Positions 17,476 to 26,320 of a stretch of 31,310 nucleotides of DNA are shown piece after piece (within the stretch, counting starts at the first letter, position 1; every line of letters begins with the position of its first letter). The DNA is from Candidatus Heimdallarchaeota archaeon (GTDB taxonomy: Archaea > Asgardarchaeota > Heimdallarchaeia > Heimdallarchaeales > Heimdallarchaeaceae), in the NCBI GenBank assembly GCA_018238545.1, contig JABCTC010000039.1, forward strand, positions 1 through 31,310. Direction: 5' to 3'. The position numbers and the translations under genes are program-made. A model generated the notes under the pieces. That model had not been told where the DNA came from. It saw only the letters and a program-made list of their open reading frames with translations, and ran no database searches.

Positions 17476-18303
17476 GTGAAAACGATGGTACATATATTTC
17501 TAAAAAACTTGATAAAAAAATGGAAAGCTGGAGTTATTGTTCCTCTTTCACTCGGATTATTTGTTCTTTTAATAGCAGCAATCTGGCCTGACATGAGAGA
17601 AGCTGCTGACATATTCGCAGTAATTCTTGAAAGTCCAGTATACCAAGCCATGCTAGGAGACATAGGTTTTATCAATATCACATTATGGCCTGGAGCACAT
17701 CAGATGTATATGAATATAATGCTTGAATACTATATGATTGGGGTTGCAATATTCATTCCAACAAAAATTATAACAGAGGAGATCAATAAGAAAACTCTTG
17801 ACGTGATGTTAAGTTACCCTATCCCTCGTTGGAGATTTTTGTTAGAAAAATTTGGTGTGTATCTGTTCTATAGTCTACTCATCCCATTATTTTTAATGCT
17901 GTTTACTTTCCTCAGTACAGAATACTTACAATATAATTATGCTCATCTAAATGTTGAATTTGATTATTTAGTATTAACATATTCAATGATTGGTATATGG
18001 ATGCAATTTTTCAGTTTAGGGGCTATTGCTCTATTTTGTTCAGTTCTAATATTGGACCCAAGAAAAGCCTTAGGCGTATCAGCAGCAACAATATTTGGCA
18101 TGTATCTTCTTTTTAGGATTGGTGGAATGACAGAATCTGTAGAAATTGTAAAATACTTCTCTGTTTTTAATTATATGACTTTTGGAGCGATTATGTCATC
18201 AGGAACTTTCCCAGTAGGAGATTTCTTCGTGTTACTAGGAGTGGGTTTAGCTGCACTAGTAGGTGCATTATTAATATTCCAGAGGAGAGAATTGAAGTAT
18301 TAA
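17476..18303 (+). CDS. ABC-2 type exporter permease
   Basis: About 6 TM helices, EINKKTLDVMLSYPIPR, terminal FQRREL. Abuts the ATPase gene. Confidence 0.88.
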   Translation: MKTMVHIFLKNLIKKWKAGVIVPLSLGLFVLLIAAIWPDMREAADIFAVILESPVYQAMLGDIGFINITLWPGAHQMYMNIMLEYYMIGVAIFIPTKIITEEINKKTLDVMLSYPIPRWRFLLEKFGVYLFYSLLIPLFLMLFTFLSTEYLQYNYAHLNVEFDYLVLTYSMIGIWMQFFSLGAIALFCSVLILDPRKALGVSAATIFGMYLLFRIGGMTESVEIVKYFSVFNYMTFGAIMSSGTFPVGDFFVLLGVGLAALVGALLIFQRRELKY

Positions 18304-18370
18304 GGCTTCAATCATACTTTTCTTCTTGATTTTTTAACGATAAAATTTTATATTCATTTACGCATAGCAA

Positions 18371-18934
18371 ATGGAAGAGTTGTATACTATGCCAATTATC
18401 AAGGGAATAAAGGATTTCAATTGGGATCTCTCAAGGGAACGTTTTAAGGAGATGCTACACTCAATTAAATTACTTTTCACAGAAAGGAAACATTGGGCAA
18501 AATGGGCGTATGTTTACACATTCATATTAGTACCTCTACTAAATTTCTTAATATTTATGATTCAAGGATCTCAACAAATTACTCTTGATAGTCCCCCGCC
18601 TACATTTTTATTCTCTTCGATCAACGTATTCTTTATGTCCATTCTGATAACTTTTACTATTTGTTCTTTCATTCTCTCCTTATTAATTTCTAACAAGATA
18701 AGACCATTACTAATTGCATCATTGTTTACTCAAATCTTAATCTTATTTTTTGAAATAAATATCATTAAAAAGTACACTCTCTCCTATACTGAAACAGAAA
18801 ATGTGTCCTTTTTGTTGTTAATACTAATTTCATTATCAATTTTATTTGCAATGATAACTCTATTGAAAATGATTTACTTGAGAATCAGAGCTAGTGTCAT
18901 ATCAAGAAGAGAATTGAAGATTTCTGAGGTCTAG
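18371..18934 (+). CDS. Hypothetical membrane protein (about 4 TM)
   Basis: 187-aa ORF with four hydrophobic segments. Confidence 0.65.
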   Translation: MEELYTMPIIKGIKDFNWDLSRERFKEMLHSIKLLFTERKHWAKWAYVYTFILVPLLNFLIFMIQGSQQITLDSPPPTFLFSSINVFFMSILITFTICSFILSLLISNKIRPLLIASLFTQILILFFEINIIKKYTLSYTETENVSFLLLILISLSILFAMITLLKMIYLRIRASVISRRELKISEV

Positions 18935-18935
18935 T

Positions 18936-21032
18936 TCAATCTTCTTCGTCTTTTAGTAGTTCTAACATTTTGGTAATATCGTTAGTTGGTTGTTTACACA
19001 CAAATTGTTTACAAATATAAACAGTGGGCTGATCATTTATTTGGTTATAATTTTGAAGTATATCAACGATTTTAACAATGTCCTCATCTTTTGCATCTTT
19101 TAGAATTACTATTTTGTTTGGAACGTATTCAGAGTTTATTGTTTCTAACATTTTTTGTGTAGTTTCAGCTGTATTATCACCCACTACCACAATCTCAAAC
19201 GAAGGGCCTTTAAAGAAATCTAAGGCGCTTAAAAGGAAAGTATAGGCATAAGGAGCCCTTTTTACCTCAGAAGCGAAATTTTGCATTAAAACGTCTGCTT
19301 TTTCTTCCAATTTTGGGTCAGATAATATTCTTCCAAGCTTAACTAAATTGAGCATAGCTACTGAATTACCTGAAGGGATAGCGCCATCATAAATCTGTTT
19401 TTCTCTAATAAGTAAATTTTCACTATCAGTTGAAGTAAAGAAGAATCCTCCAACCCCATCATCCCAGAATTTATTTAAAGTTTTTTTGTTTAACTCAATT
19501 GCATATTCTAGATATTTGGTCTTAAAACTTGCTTCATATAATTCTAACAATCCCCAGATGAAAAAAGCATAGTCATCGAGATTACCACTGATAACAGATT
19601 CACCCTCTCTATAACGGTGCAAGAGGTTTCCATCAGCTGTTTGCAGATTTTCTAAAATAAACTGAACAGATTTTTCAGCAGCAGCTAGATAGTCTTCATT
19701 ATGAAATATCCTCGCTGATTTTGCTAAAGCAGCAATCATTAAGCCATTCCAATCAGTTAATATTTTATCATCTTTTAGAGGATGAATTCTTTTTTCTCTA
19801 ACATTAAAGAGAATGGTTCGTATCTGTTCTAAACTTTTATTTTTGTTCTTGCTTATGTTGCTTAAATCTTTTTCAAAAGATTGTTGTAGAAAGGGAATAT
19901 TCACTCCTGTTACTTCTCTTGTAGCTTCTTCTAGAAAGTTTCCATTAGCTTCGAAATTAAATGTGTCCATATAGAGTTCAGCATCTTCTTTATCTAAAAT
20001 GGTTGAAATTTCTTCCTTTGTCCAAGTATAGAACTTTCCTTCTACTCCTTCACTATCTGCATCTTCAGCTGAAAAGAAGCCTCCTTCAAGGTGAGTCATA
20101 TCACGAAGAACGTAAGATATTATTTCTTCAGATGTCTTTTTGTAGTTCACGTTCTTAGTTGCTTGATAGGTTTCAGTATAAGCTAATATTATCATCGCTT
20201 GGTCATAAAGCATCTTTTCAAAGTGAGGCACCTTCCAGTTTTCATCAGTTGAATATCTATGGAAACCATAACCTAAATGATCATACATCCCACCTAACCT
20301 CATTTCAGAGAGAGTTTTCTCAACCATTTCCAACGCGCTTTTATCTTTGTATCGCTTCCAATAACGTAAAAGAAAAAGCAAACGATGAGTTGATGGGAAT
20401 TTAGGTGCAGAACCAAAGCCACCCCGTTTATCATCAAACTGATTAGATAGCATAGTAAATGCTTGTGTAAACAGCTCATCAGTATCATAGGAGGTTAATT
20501 TGGAGGAAGCAGATTCTTCTAGATGAGAGAGAATCTTTTTAGTGCTGGACAATATTTCAGCGCGATTTTCATCCCACAGCTTTACTATTTGAGTCAAAAG
20601 ATCGATTATGCCAATCATTCCTCCACGTCCAAACTTTGGAAAATAAGTCCCAGCAAAAAAGGGTTTTTTATCAGGAGTCATAATGATTGTTAGAGGCCAC
20701 CCACCTCTTTGCGTCATCATCTGACAGACTTTCATGTAAATACTATCGATATCAGGACGCTCTTCTCGATCAACTTTTATCGAAACAAAAGAATCGTTCA
20801 GAAGTTTTGCTACGTCGTCATCTTCAAAAGATTCTCTTTCCATAACATGGCACCAATGGCAAGTAGCATAACCTATAGAAAGAAAGATAGGCTTATCTTC
20901 GTCTTTAGCTTTATTGAATGCTGTTTCACCCCATGGAAACCAGTTGACAGGATTGTATGCATGCTGTAAAAGATAGGGACTCTTCTCATCAACAAGATTA
21001 TTAGGAGAAGATTGTTGACCTTCGTTATTCAT
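18936..21032 (-). CDS. YyaL/SSP411 (SPATA20-like) thioredoxin-domain protein
   Basis: [51 protein letters not shown]. Confidence 0.95.
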   Translation of the reverse strand: MNNEGQQSSPNNLVDEKSPYLLQHAYNPVNWFPWGETAFNKAKDEDKPIFLSIGYATCHWCHVMERESFEDDDVAKLLNDSFVSIKVDREERPDIDSIYMKVCQMMTQRGGWPLTIIMTPDKKPFFAGTYFPKFGRGGMIGIIDLLTQIVKLWDENRAEILSSTKKILSHLEESASSKLTSYDTDELFTQAFTMLSNQFDDKRGGFGSAPKFPSTHRLLFLLRYWKRYKDKSALEMVEKTLSEMRLGGMYDHLGYGFHRYSTDENWKVPHFEKMLYDQAMIILAYTETYQATKNVNYKKTSEEIISYVLRDMTHLEGGFFSAEDADSEGVEGKFYTWTKEEISTILDKEDAELYMDTFNFEANGNFLEEATREVTGVNIPFLQQSFEKDLSNISKNKNKSLEQIRTILFNVREKRIHPLKDDKILTDWNGLMIAALAKSARIFHNEDYLAAAEKSVQFILENLQTADGNLLHRYREGESVISGNLDDYAFFIWGLLELYEASFKTKYLEYAIELNKKTLNKFWDDGVGGFFFTSTDSENLLIREKQIYDGAIPSGNSVAMLNLVKLGRILSDPKLEEKADVLMQNFASEVKRAPYAYTFLLSALDFFKGPSFEIVVVGDNTAETTQKMLETINSEYVPNKIVILKDAKDEDIVKIVDILQNYNQINDQPTVYICKQFVCKQPTNDITKMLELLKDEED

Positions 21033-21088
21033 TGTGAAAACTATTGTAATTAGTTATTAATTGGTATCCTTTTTACAAAAAATATAGT

Positions 21089-22219
21089 TTAGCTTTCTGG
21101 TTGAGTTAAGTCAACATCACAATGTTCGCATACTCTGTCAGTTTTGTAGACAACATTTCTACAGCTTGGGCAGAATTTTTGATTTATATCTAAAGGTTTT
21201 GGAGCTGTCAAGGATGGAGCTTCTATTGATGGTTCACTAATAAGGGATGACTCAGGAACAGCTGAAGGAGTAGATGGTGAGTCATCAACAGGGGCAGGTT
21301 CAGGAACAGAAAGAGCAGGTTCAGGAACAGAAGGAACAACTGGTAAATCGACAACAGGAGTAGGTTCAGGAACTGAAGGAACAACTGGTGAATCGACAAC
21401 AGGAGCAGGTTCAGAATCTTCGTCTTGTATCATAGTTCTATTGTAAATACTTGGAGCTTTTGGGATAGGTGTTGAAGGAGCTGGAGTGCTGGGATCTTTC
21501 ATGTGGATTTTGCTTTCAGAATTAATAAGTTTGAAATCAACAACCATTTTTCTGAATCCTAAATAGATTAGAAACAATCCAATTAAATTTCCAAAAATAC
21601 TTAGAATTGTGAAATACATGATTAGCCAAGAGAGAATATTGATAATACCTCCAATTAAAGGAAGAAATGATGGTTTTTTGATAAATCTCTTCTGATCATG
21701 GAAAGCTTGGAAAGTCCTGTAATTCATGAACAGAGCAAGTAACAGCATACTATTACCAATAAAAAACATAGTTGTATTCAGATAATTGAGAGGAATAAAT
21801 CCTAACGCTGTAAATACTACGTAAAGGATAAAAAATATTCCAGTATACTGGAACCTTTTTTCTTGTTTCTCTAGAGTAAAAATTCTAAAATAATTTCTGG
21901 CATGTGAAGAGATTTGTACGAGATGGAAAACAAAAGAACCGAGAAAAACTATTTCTGTAATAGCAAAAATAATGAACAACACGGCGTTCAGAGAATAAAA
22001 TTCTGAGACAACATTTAGCTTATACAATGTGAGAAGATTTAGTTCCACTAAGGTATAACTTGAAGGAATAACAATGAAGAATATACTAAGCATGGAAGTG
22101 ATAGTTAGAATTAAACCTAAAATGAGCAAAATGGCTAGAGAATTCTTTACACTTCTTGATGAAATGGAAAGTTCTCTTTTGTATTTATCGAAAGAAGGAC
22201 CTTGAATGAATCTTGGCAT
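21089..22219 (-). CDS. Multi-pass membrane protein with Pro-rich linker and C-terminal zinc ribbon
   Basis: About 6 TM helices, P/S/V/E-rich repeats, CPSC...CEHC. Confidence 0.8.
   Translation of the reverse strand: MPRFIQGPSFDKYKRELSISSRSVKNSLAILLILGLILTITSMLSIFFIVIPSSYTLVELNLLTLYKLNVVSEFYSLNAVLFIIFAITEIVFLGSFVFHLVQISSHARNYFRIFTLEKQEKRFQYTGIFFILYVVFTALGFIPLNYLNTTMFFIGNSMLLLALFMNYRTFQAFHDQKRFIKKPSFLPLIGGIINILSWLIMYFTILSIFGNLIGLFLIYLGFRKMVVDFKLINSESKIHMKDPSTPAPSTPIPKAPSIYNRTMIQDEDSEPAPVVDSPVVPSVPEPTPVVDLPVVPSVPEPALSVPEPAPVDDSPSTPSAVPESSLISEPSIEAPSLTAPKPLDINQKFCPSCRNVVYKTDRVCEHCDVDLTQPES
21250..21415 (-). repeat. In-frame ~45-bp degenerate tandem repeat (EPAPVVDSPVVPSVP)
   Basis: GGTTCAGGAAC and TCGACAACAGGAG recur on the + strand. 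Three near-full units plus one short unit. Confidence 0.85.
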
Positions 22220-22348
22220 GTTTTAGTCTCCTAACCTAATAATATAATACCTATTTCACCTTAAAAAGGAATCACATAATGACAAAGAACAGAAATGAAA
22301 CAAATAAAAGATAATTTGAGGATTAGAAACTAGTAAGAAATCAAACAA

Positions 22349-22900
22349 TCACATTGAATCAATGTAAGCAAATTCATTGAAATCTAATCTTGTTGAGACT
22401 ATTTTTTCCAGTTCTACATGTTTCTCGCCTAATTTACCAGCAAGATCAGAACTTTGTTTTCCTACGGCTATAAGTGTAATCAAGCGCATTTCCTCAGGGA
22501 TATTGAGAACTTCTTTAGCAACTTTTTCGTTAAAACCTGCCATGGCATGAGCTACTAAACCTTTGTTAACAAAAGCTAACATTAATTGAAGTGTAGCCAT
22601 TCCTGAATCAAAAAGATAATACTCACGTTCACCTATTACACAATCAAGGTCAGGTTTACTAAAAACAGCGATTAACATAGAAGCATCCTTGGCCCAGTAA
22701 TTTCCTCCAGAAAGAACTGTATGTAGTTTTTCTAGTTGTTGTTTATCCTTAACAAATACAAATCTCCAAGATTGTTTATTCATGCAAGAAGGTGATCTAG
22801 CTGCGAGATTAGCAATTTCCTTAATAAATTCCTCAGAGATATCGAAAGAATCTAGAGCACGAAAAGCTCTTCTCTTATGAACTAATTCTTCAAATTCCAT
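22349..22900 (-). CDS. Nitroreductase family protein
   Basis: KRRAFR, SPSCMNKQSWRF, DSGMA, LIAVGK. Confidence 0.92.
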   Translation of the reverse strand: MEFEELVHKRRAFRALDSFDISEEFIKEIANLAARSPSCMNKQSWRFVFVKDKQQLEKLHTVLSGGNYWAKDASMLIAVFSKPDLDCVIGEREYYLFDSGMATLQLMLAFVNKGLVAHAMAGFNEKVAKEVLNIPEEMRLITLIAVGKQSSDLAGKLGEKHVELEKIVSTRLDFNEFAYIDSM

Positions 22901-22974
22901 GAAAACATAAAAGAAAGGTTATTTTTGAAGATTTCCCAAAGTCGAAAGAAGCTGGACAAAGAGAAATTCAACCA

Positions 22975-23442
22975 TTAGGATTGTAATTTATCTAGAACGC
23001 CTTTTACTTCCTCAGCATGACCTTTGACTTTAACCTTTGGCCAAATCTTAGCAAGTTTACCATCAGGATCAATCAAGAAAGTGCTTCGAATAACACCCAA
23101 GAAACTATTTCCGTAAATAGTTTTTTTTCTCCAAACACCATATTTCTCAAGAGCTTCGTGTTCAATGTCACTAAGAAGAATGTGTTTTAATTGATATTTT
23201 TTAATGAACTTTACATGTTTCTGAGGAGAATCAGGACTGATACCAACAATAATAGCATCTAGATTCTTGAAATCATCAAAACTAGCGGTAAAATCACATG
23301 CTTCTGTTGTACAACCAGGAGTGTTATCTTTGGGATAAAAATAAAGAACAACCCATTTTCCTTTAAATTCGTCAATACATATATTGACATTCTCCTCATT
23401 AGGTAAACAAAATTGTGGAGCTAAACCGCCTTCGTTTAACAT
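22975..23442 (-). CDS. bcp: Thioredoxin-dependent peroxiredoxin (BCP/PrxQ)
   Basis: YFYPKDNTPGCTTEAC, GISPD, RSTFLID. ATG at 23442 preferred. Confidence 0.95.
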   Translation of the reverse strand: MLNEGGLAPQFCLPNEENVNICIDEFKGKWVVLYFYPKDNTPGCTTEACDFTASFDDFKNLDAIIVGISPDSPQKHVKFIKKYQLKHILLSDIEHEALEKYGVWRKKTIYGNSFLGVIRSTFLIDPDGKLAKIWPKVKVKGHAEEVKGVLDKLQS

Positions 23443-23595
23443 ATAATCATCTCTAAACAATATTAGTCTGAACTGTTTTAAAAGCTTCTTTAAATCAAAA
23501 ACATGACGAAAAAGCAATGTTATTGCTTAATAGAACAGCATTTGACTAACAATAAAATATAAATACTATCTATCATTAAAACAATTTGGTTAACA

Positions 23596-24156
23596 GTGTC
23601 TGGCGATGTTGGAAAGATATTCAAAATAGTTTTAATTGGAGACGGGGCTGTTGGTAAGACAAGTCTGAGAAGAAACTATATTGGAAAAAGCTTTAGAGAA
23701 AATTATTTGATGACAATAGGAGCTGATTTTTCCGTCAAACAAGTGATGTTCGAAGATTACAAAATAAATCTGCAACTGTGGGATTTAGCAGGGCAGCCAA
23801 GGTTCTCAGAAGTGCGAGGAGCATATTATGCAGGAACTTACGGAGCATTAGTCCTATTTGATATAACTAGACCAAACACATTTACTAACATCGATTACTG
23901 GATAAACGAGCTGATAAAATATAACGATCACAAACTTGTACCCTTGATTATAGTAGGAAATAAATCAGATTTAAGAGCAACGACTCCATCAGAAGTACAA
24001 GTAGACAAACTTTCCGCAATGGCTTATGCAGATACCTTATCACAATGGGGTGGAATAAGAGTAGATTACATAGAAACATCAGCATTATCAGGGCAAAATG
24101 TAGATAATTCTTTTCAAAATTTGATAAGTAAAATCTACATGCGATTAGGTATTTAG
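23596..24156 (+). CDS. Rab-like small GTPase (Ras superfamily)
   Basis: G1 GDGAVGKT, G2 TIG, G3 WDLAGQ, G4 NKSD, G5 TSAL. Confidence 0.95.
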   Translation: MSGDVGKIFKIVLIGDGAVGKTSLRRNYIGKSFRENYLMTIGADFSVKQVMFEDYKINLQLWDLAGQPRFSEVRGAYYAGTYGALVLFDITRPNTFTNIDYWINELIKYNDHKLVPLIIVGNKSDLRATTPSEVQVDKLSAMAYADTLSQWGGIRVDYIETSALSGQNVDNSFQNLISKIYMRLGI

Positions 24157-24180
24157 AAAAGGAAAAAAAGTTGAAAGAGG

Positions 24181-26225
24181 TTATCTCTTGATTTTTATTA
24201 TTCGCTTTTTAATCAGAATATAGATAGTAAGACCACCAATAAGGACAAAACCAAATATTGACCCACCAATTATCTGGTTACGAATATCAACATCTAAAGG
24301 GTGAGATGTAGGATCTAAAGGATCTCTACCTTTTCTAACTTCCTCACCATCGTGAAATGTGTCTCCATCGCTGTCGGGGTCGTGAGGATTTGTTCCGTGT
24401 TCATATTCTTCAAGATTCGACAATTCATCTTCGTCAGGATCGCCTTCAGCATATCGATAAGAGAATTAAGAGCGTTAGAAATCTCCCAACCATCTGGCAT
24501 TTGATCATCGTCAGAATCCGCATCGAGAGGGTCGGTATTGTATGTATTTACTTCCTCACCATCGTTTAATTTGTCATTATCAGAATCATAATCTTTTGGA
24601 TCAGTGAGATAAATTAGAACTTCTTCACCATCGAGTAAACCATCATTATCAGAATCATAATCTTTTGGATCAGTAAAGTAAGTGTAAACCTCTTCTCCAT
24701 CAAGAAGTCCGTCTGAGTCAGAGTCATTTAATTCAGGGTTGGTAGTATACTCAAATTCTCCTAAATTATTAAGGCCATCGTTATCAAAATCGTCTTCGGC
24801 GTCATCAACAAGAGGATCTAGAGAACATATTACCTCCCCAACCATCCGGCATTTAATCGTCGTCAGAATCCGCATCTAAAGGGTCTGTATTGTATGTATT
24901 TACTTCAGCTCCATCATTCAAACCATCTCCGTCAGAATCAGAATTTAGCGCATTAGTCTTGTATACTAGAATCTCATTCCCATCAGCTAACCCATCATAA
25001 TCACTGTCTGGATTGTTTGGATTCGTATCATACACAAACAACTCATCATAGTTATTTAACTCATCATTATCTGTGTCATTATCATTTTTATCTGTGAAAT
25101 AGACATACTCCTCTTTCAAATCATCTAAATTGTCACCATCTGAATCTGGCACAATTAGTGGATACAAATCTTGTGTATGGCTTCCATCAAGTTCATAATA
25201 GGTCAAAGATCCATTGTACTCATTCCAGTAATTTCCTTCCATAGTTATTTCATCATACCATAGGCTATTGATTGATAAATCATATGCTTGAGCATCTGGA
25301 GAGTTCCATCTTGAAACATCATCTAGATTACTGATGAATATATTGTGGTGAAAAATATTATCTGCACTCAGTTCATTGCTCGTACTTCCATATTGGTATA
25401 TTCTTATTCCGTAGTAATCGTTCCTGTAAATGAAGTTCTCAGTAAAACTATGGTGTCTTACTGAATATCCTTGTATTCCTATGTAACTATTATCTATCAT
25501 ATTATTGCTATAGTTTCCATAATTGCAGTTGTCTAGGCGAATAGCGTATCCTCCAATATTTTTGATCGTATTGTATTCAAAAACAGTGTAATTTGAATCA
25601 CGGATTGAAATTCCTAAACTTACGCTATATTTTATTGAATTATTTGCAATGATTAAATTTTCTCCTAAGTCTATAGATACGCCCTCTGTGTTGAATTCAA
25701 TTGTATTGTTTAGAATCTTACTATTTGGAGTATCATATAGAAATAGACCAAAGTAGTTGTTTATGAAATTGTTTCCTTGAACAGTGCAATTTTCTACATT
25801 GCTAATAATCATCCCATGTCCTCCCTTAATATGGTTACAATTGTTATCATAAAGAGCTGCTCTTCCATTAGGTATATTTTGGATAAAAATACCTACATCG
25901 TAAGCATCAATTGTACAATGTTGAATTACAAAATAGTCGGTGACATAGTTATGAAAATTCCGATATATTCCTCTGTAATAATAGACAAATATTCAATCCT
26001 GTACGGATCTCCTGCTGTTCCAGAACCATTGAAATTGTAACCTGAAGGACCAAAATCTAAGTCATCATCAATATATATTGCATCAAACTGTGTCTTAGTT
26101 AACTCAATAGTATCTTCATGAGTATCAACAATAGCTGAATTCAGCATAGAGGATGAAAGTAGGATAAAACCTAGTATAACAGCTATTCCCACTTTAATAC
26201 AAACTTGACCTTCTTTTAACTTCAT
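24181..26225 (-). pseudogene. Disrupted cell-surface protein: signal peptide, right-handed beta-helix (NosD-like), DxDxDG Asp-rich repeats, C-terminal TM anchor
   Basis: Four track ORFs join into one protein after a -1 indel at ~25946, a CAA>TAA at 24853-24855, a +1 G at 24836-24839 and a -1 indel at ~24452. Confidence 0.88.
24300..25150 (-). repeat. Mostly 69-bp (23-aa) coding repeats DSDxDGLxDGEE...TDP
   Basis: Exact 32-bp duplicate at 24574 and 24643. A longer near-duplicate at ~24487-24565 and ~24838-24918. Confidence 0.85.
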
Positions 26226-26320
26226 TAAAGAAACCTATTCCAATTTGAACAAAATTCATTCTGCGTATTAATAAGCCTTATACAATATTAAGAAAAAATA
26301 AAAAAGGAGAAGAGGGAGGA

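Noticed and set aside
24836-24855. Programmed readthrough or frameshifting in the surface-protein gene
   Set aside because: Four different lesion sites, a TAA stop and no slippery heptamer. Decay is the simpler explanation.
24487-24918. Near-duplicate repeats as a DGR template/variable pair or a CRISPR array
   Set aside because: Differences are not adenine-specific and are mostly synonymous, there is no reverse transcriptase or cas gene, and the repeats are in-frame protein repeats.
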